From Hemiscyllium ocellatum (taxonomy: Eukaryota), in contig NC_083435.1 of the NCBI RefSeq assembly GCF_020745735.1, positions 11,129,201-11,193,200 on the forward strand: DNA of 64,000 nt, in the 5' to 3' direction. The notes beneath the pieces were generated by a model that was not told where the DNA came from, did not search any database, and worked only from the letters and a program-made list of their open reading frames with translations. This document shows, in pieces, positions 57,591 through 64,000 of the stretch (positions are counted from its first letter, which is position 1; each line of letters opens with the position of its first letter). Made by a program: the position numbers and the translations under genes.

Positions 57591-60500
57591 ACTTCAAACA
57601 CAGGCACAGTGACATAACTTCACTTGCATGATTTTACATAAAGGCTCTTACACACGTACAATGGTACTAACTGACCCTTCAACAGTGCGACAGACCCTTA
57701 CATAGACCCCCAGCCACATAATGGTAAATCTTCACACATAGGGACATTGACATACCCTTACTGTGCGACAACACAGACCCTACCACAGTGCTACATGGAC
57801 AGACCTCAAAAGACATTGACAAACACTAACACACACACACACACACACATACACACACAGAGTCAAATCACAGAGCATACCAATCTGTGACCTCTGAGAT
57901 TAAGAGACTTGTTTCGCTAACACCTTTATTAAAAATGCCAAAATTTTACATCATGTTTCAGAAATTAAAAAAAATGTTATTTACACAAGAAAAATCTAAT
58001 ACACCAGACATTTGCATAGTTGACAGGATCAGACAAATTCTTACATACACTCTTGGTATCACCGGACCATTTAATTCTCACCGCTTGTCTCTGCCTCTTG
58101 CATACATGGGCTACTGTCGGAACAAGGCTGCTAATGTACATGCTTTGAAGATCCTTTCTCCCAGCTCTCCTGAATAGTTCACACTGCTGCCTAGCACAGT
58201 GAGTACCAATATTAAGAACGCTGATACAACTCACTTTAGCAATCTCATATTGAGCGGTCTGACAGCATTATTATACGGACCCTTACCCTTACCAGAACAA
58301 GGCACCGCCCCCCCCCCAACAAAAAAGTCTCGTCAAATGGATTGAAGTCATCTCAGCAAATCCAGCACAAACTCCTGTGCCCATTCTCAATGAGGTATGC
58401 TTATTTCTTAAAGGAAAAGTGCAACATATGCAAAAGGACATTTTTATCCTATCACACTAGGCTTGCGGTCCCTTTAGTGACGAACACTAAGTGGTTATTT
58501 GACATGTTTGAGATGATGCAAGTAGGTGGTAAGGTTCCGTTTATTCGTTCACCCTAGTCATTCTGACGCTGGATAACCGCAGGGTTTTGGTGATTTGGGA
58601 CGGGTGGAGGTTGGGGGTGGGGGCGGTGTAAGCTTCCAGGGTCACATCAGGATGCAACTTCTTAGTCAAAACTGGACATGCTGGCAGCAGTTAATCCACA
58701 CCAGATTTACATACAAACTAGGAGCAGAAAGAGACAATCAAGCTCTCTCGATCTTTGACACAAATGCTGCTCGGGGCAAGTCAGAAGGGGAGCTCGTGTT
58801 AACAGATTTCTTAACTCGTAAAATGATTGTGGAACAGCAACAAACAATGGATTGAATCATAATTCATGTTCCTGAGCCAACTCCAACAGCAAGTTGGAAA
58901 ATTGCTGTGCCAAAGCTGTAAAGAGCCCTGCTCTGAGCAAACATTGAGTAATACACTGAACAAGACACACCATATATCCTTAGAAGATTAGGCAATGAGC
59001 AACATTGAAGGTTAGTACAGCAAGTGAATTCTGGATTGAGTGATAAAGGGGGATTGGAAAATGGACTTTGAATAGAAAACAATAGCTTGCATTTGGAGAG
59101 TGTTTACAACCTCTCAGAATACTCCTCAAAGGAATTATCAAACATCCCACACGTATGAGGACAAGGGACTGAATGTTTAGTCAAAGAGTTAAGGTATCTT
59201 ACTGGAGAAGAAGGGGTAGTGGAGAGAATTCTACAGTTGAAAGTCTAGCTACAGGTACAGTTGACAATACATAGGGAGATGGGAATGAAGAAATCAAAAG
59301 GGATCACAACTACAACAAAGAGGACCATAGGGGCATAGTGGTTGTCATTACACTTATAATCCAGAACCCCAAGCTAGTGTTCTGAGAAGAACATTCAATG
59401 GTATCGAATCACATTAGACAAATAGCAATATTTGAATTCAATACAAATACAGGAAGAAACAACTAATCAATAGCTATCATGTAACCATTGGCGATTGTCA
59501 TAAAATCCATCTGGTTCACTAATGTCCTTTATCATTCATCTATGGGAAGTGGGTGTCACTGGCTGGTCAGCATTTATTGCCTGTCCCTAACTGCCCTTGA
59601 GAAGGTGGTGGTGAGCTGCCTTCTTGAACTACTGTAGTCCACCTGTTGTGAGTTGATCCACAATGCCTTTAGGGAAGGAAATCTGCCATCCTTACCTGGT
59701 CTGACCTACATACAATTTGAGACCCACAACAATGTGGGTGACTGTTTGCTCTGAGGGAAGCTATGAGGGATAAGCAATAAATGCTCGCCTAGCCAGAGAC
59801 ACCTATAGTGTGTGAGTAAATAAAACAAAAAAGCCTAATAGTAGGCTGATTAAAACTGGTGAACAGTTAGTCAGGACGAAATCAACACAAAAAAAAGTTT
59901 TGAAATGACCTCCTGGGTTCTTTAGTCAAGACAAAAGCCTTCGACTCACTTAGATCTGGAAGTGATGTTTGAGCCAGACTTACAGAACTGTAACAAGCAC
60001 GTCTCAATGACTACAGCTACCTGTGTTTCTTTCTGTACCACACCCCCATTAAAACTGTCAGCAGGTGTTACATTTCAAGGGTACAAAGCACCAGAAAAAG
60101 ATGTTAAGATATCAAATCACAGCACAACTGTTCATTGATAATCAAAAGAAAATGAAGAGGAATTGGAAGAACGTACAAGAATCCAACATATCAACATGGA
60201 GGAAAACTTACAGGAGTCACAAGGTTTTCTTGAAAGCCTGTAAGTAAAATGTTCATTAAAACTCCCTAAACAGCAATTAACAATATTGCCCATTTTCTCT
60301 TCTTGGACTAACTATGCTTGAATATATACAGAGTCTAGGTAGAATACTTTAATTTCAAGTACCTACTTGATCAGAGTGAAACAACAAGCAGACCAAAGAT
60401 TGAAATTGCTTGAAACAAGGACATGTCACAGACCAGCCGATATTGGAACTGGAGCAACAGGCTGCAATAGAAAACAGCTATTTACTTTCAAGTACAGTTG

Positions 60501-62219
60501 TAGCTATCACCCTAACATCTCATCAGACTCCTGCAACAACAGTCTCAACTGAGTCAGGCTTACTTAAAACCATTTCTAATGGTGCCACACCAATATTAGA
60601 GACAGATAAACTGCATCACTTATTTGGTTGGCGGTACACAACTTCAGCATTGCTGTAAAAAGACTTGTGATGTGTCTTGTACTAGTCAGGACAGAATCAC
60701 AAGACTACCAAATTTCCAAAGGGAGGGGAATGAAACTAGAATTTATACTGAGAACAGAATGTCCAATGGTTTGACCAAGCAGAATCCACTTGCAAAGAGT
60801 TGCCATTACCTCGAGGTGAATGTACTATGCAGCCCATGGTTGCCCTTTAGAATTTTGGCAGCTTTGCAGTTCTGACCTAATGAGAATGAGGCAGCATACC
60901 TCATTTTGCAACAATGATTACTTATTTGCACAAGAATCTGATCACTTGATTTAAATGCAGCTTCAACTACAGCAAGGTTCCTCTGTGCACCAGTTTCTCC
61001 TTGGGTTTCATGAAGCTGCTGTTGGGGCAATGGAAGAGGAATGGAATTGGATAAACAATTGCAGTCGGGTTACCTTTTGATGGCAGAGCCTCCTAACATC
61101 TAATTGAAAAAAGGGAATGTGAGAACAGCTAACTATACCTTAGTTTCAGCCGTGGTTACAAGCATGATTTTGTTTTAAATTGAAAGGTGAAACCTGATGC
61201 AACATTACTGCATTCTCACCTGCAGAATAATGTCACTGACACAATGACTGTAATTGAATCAATTGTTAAACAAACAAGCTGGGCCTCAAAACTTGAAGTG
61301 GGTTGGGGGAAGGCAGAAGCGGGAGTAACAATGACATCAAGGAAAGCAGAGTAACAAGTTGGTGCAAGCAGAGTTGAATATACACCAAAATAACGATGAT
61401 CATTGCGTGATGTAATGCAAAACAAATGCAAGTCTGCCATTCATTTTTGTTCACTCCACCAAAGAATGCTGCAGCACACAGATCATTTGTCGACCATTCC
61501 TGGTGTAGGTCTTTGAAAGAGCTCTCCAGTTAGTGCCAATTCTAATGCTTGACCAAGCTTTAGTGTATTTGCTCTCAGTTCCTCATAAGCAGTATTCATT
61601 TTGCTTTACAATGCCTCTGTGGGAGTGATGATATTAGAGTCACCATATAAATGCAAGTTGCTGGTGACTTCTTTCGCTATGGTCCAGCTATTCCTTCCTT
61701 TCAAATATTTATCTAATTCTCTCACTGGTTCCTTTGCAAATTACCTTATTGTCTCTAGTGGCCACTAGAAATCTTCTGTACGCTATCAAAATTCTTTATG
61801 ATTTTGAACAGTGATCGACACTCCCTAAAGGATTGGTGTTCTGGTAGACGCTGACATGCCTGTGATTGAGGAAAATGTGTAGGGCGGCCTAGCCAATGCA
61901 GAGCACCATCATTGAGACTCAATCTTTCTATAACAGAAATGATAAAGATTTGGTAACAGCAACTTTGACTGAAGTGGTCAACAATAGTATAGGCAATGGG
62001 GAGGTGATGGCGTAGTGATATTACCAGAGTATTAATCCAGAAACTCAGGGAATGGTGTGGGCACCAAAGTTTGAATCCTGGCACAGCAGATGGTGAAATT
62101 TGAATTCAACATTTTTTTAAAAATCTGAACTTAAGAGCCTACTGATAACTACGAAACATTGTCAATTGTTGGAAAAACCCATCTGGTTCACTAATGCCTT
62201 TTAAGGAAGGAAACTGCCA

Positions 62220-62440
62220 TTGAAAAGGGATCGAAGGGTGCTGCTTGTATGGAATGAACTGCCAGAAGAAGTGGTGGAGGCTGCTACAATTACAACAGTT
62301 AAAAGGCATTTGGATGGGTTTATGAATAAGAATGGTTTAAAGGGATATGGGACAAGTGCTGGCAATGAGACTAGATTAATTTAGAATCTCTGGTCGCCAG
62401 GGATGAGTTGGACTGAACGGTCTGTTTCCATGCAGGACGT
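62220..62440 (+). mobile_element. CR1 3' end
   Basis: gtatggaatgaactgccagaagaagtggtggaggctg...gatgagttggactgaacggtctgtttcc. Confidence 0.85.
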
Positions 62441-64000
62441 ATCTATGACCATCTGGCTACATGTGACTCCAGACCCACAGCAACGTGATTGACAACATTT
62501 GGGGATGAGTTGAAATGCTGGCCCAGTCAGCAACACACTCATCCCATTAATTAATTCTAAAAACTGGAACATTGGACATGATGGCATATATGCATGGAGC
62601 TTGTCATCATTGATCTGACATATGACTGAACCACCATAAATGAGGTTGTGAGACACCATTGGAAGGTTATTTAGCTTATTCTTGAACTCATTCCTTTTGA
62701 CGTTAGGCACTTTTCATGTCCATATGGTCGAGAAACATCAGATCAATAACATTTGAATTATGCACTCCAAACGTAAGAAAAGAGGCAAATATCATGAATG
62801 TAAACGTAATGGCATAAGACCAGCTAAACAACTTGCAGCCTATGCACAATCAATTATGAACTAACATTCTCATCAAGAATGGGCCTGGGCCATACAAAAG
62901 CAGTGCTACACAATGACAAACAGCTGGAGATCCTAAAATCGATGCAAAGCCACAGAAGCAAGCTTACAAATGAACAGAAGAAGAAACAGCTTCCTCATCT
63001 CAACTCTGGCAGTATTCTAAACACCAAACCCTCCAAGCAAATTTCTGATAAACACAGAGTGTTGCAGAACACCCAAGTGGTAGCCCAACCACTAATGCTG
63101 AATGAGACTGGCGAAGATTGCTGGTCTTAATGAAGAGAACAGTACACCGAAGCAGCTGAGAGACTGTTTATTGTCCAGTCTACAGCCCTAAACACTGGGA
63201 CATTGACTAAGCTCAAGACCGAAAAAGAAAGAATGGTGACTCTAAAGTCAGAGTGCTTGTTTTAGGGCTTGTAGACAGCTTCACCACTTACTAATGAAAT
63301 GGAAGTGAATTGCACAGAACTACTTCCAGGCTGTTAGAATGCAGCTCAAGAAAGATTGAAAGTTAAGGAGGAAAAAGAATACAGCTATGAACAAACGTTG
63401 GGCAAGAAAAGAAGATGAGAGTCAAAGAAACACAAATGCTCTATGAACATGAAAAGTGTCAAATAGCTTGGCAGATCATAAAGGCACCAGCCATACTTTA
63501 AGTCAGCTTTCCAAACAGGAACTTCAACCCAATTTCAGCACCAAACCTTCAGAGCTGACCAACAAGGCAAACCTTAATAAAATGAATGAATTCCTCTGGT
63601 TAAAGGGATGATAGTCAATTGGTAGAGGTAGATGATTCATACAGGAAGAGGTCAACTCAAGCATCATAGATATGGACCCCGAGGCAGGTCTGAACGGAAT
63701 GAAACTGGATGATATTCAAGATATTTAACAATGGAGATGTCACACGGATGCTTCAACTCTTGTCCTGGTGTTAGGATCTATCATAGTTCTGGACTCCCTT
63801 AAAAAGAAGTGAACAGTCCTGATTCCAAAGACAGAAGACACTGAGCACCTGAGAAACATAGATAACTGAGGCTCATCACATTTGGCCCTATATTACTTTC
63901 CCTTTTTGTAAAACTAGGACAAGGAGAGTCAGTGGTAAAAGGGATATAAGCCTGACACTAAAGTAATTTTTGTTTTTAGCAGCATCCCCAGGATACATTG

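Noticed and set aside
61216-61454. Hydrophobic minus-strand ORFs ending at a cag|GTGAGA donor (possible exon of another gene)
   Set aside because: No partner exons or recognisable domain were found in the window, so it cannot be supported.

Overview
Eukaryotic genomic DNA, almost certainly from a shark: it carries HE1-type V-SINEs, Deu-domain SINEs, and CR1, Rex1, Tx1 and Penelope-like retroelements. Two spliced protein-coding genes lie head-to-head. (1) A complete butyrophilin-like gene on the minus strand: signal peptide, IgV, IgC, TM, four 27-nt micro-exons and B30.2; CDS 26160->7618, 486 aa by my exon join. Its likely CpG-rich promoter/first exon near 30.7-30.9 kb contains an ISRE/IRF motif. 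(2) A divergent olfactomedin-like 2 (OLFML2-type) gene on the plus strand: 7 coding exons, 37176->51605, 527 aa. The rest is mostly decayed transposons plus three minisatellites. The most interesting non-genic signal is a set of minimal type I hammerhead-ribozyme motifs in Penelope-like termini. These include two TSD-flanked ~130-bp insertions that start at the ribozyme, a third TSD-flanked fold-back copy, and further fold-backs that invert at the motif. A CpG-rich, hyper-diverged block at ~56.3-57.4 kb may be biology or poor consensus sequence. I found no CRISPR array, rRNA or true tRNA gene. All exon joins, alignments and counts were done by eye; family names come from recalled consensus motifs, not database searches.
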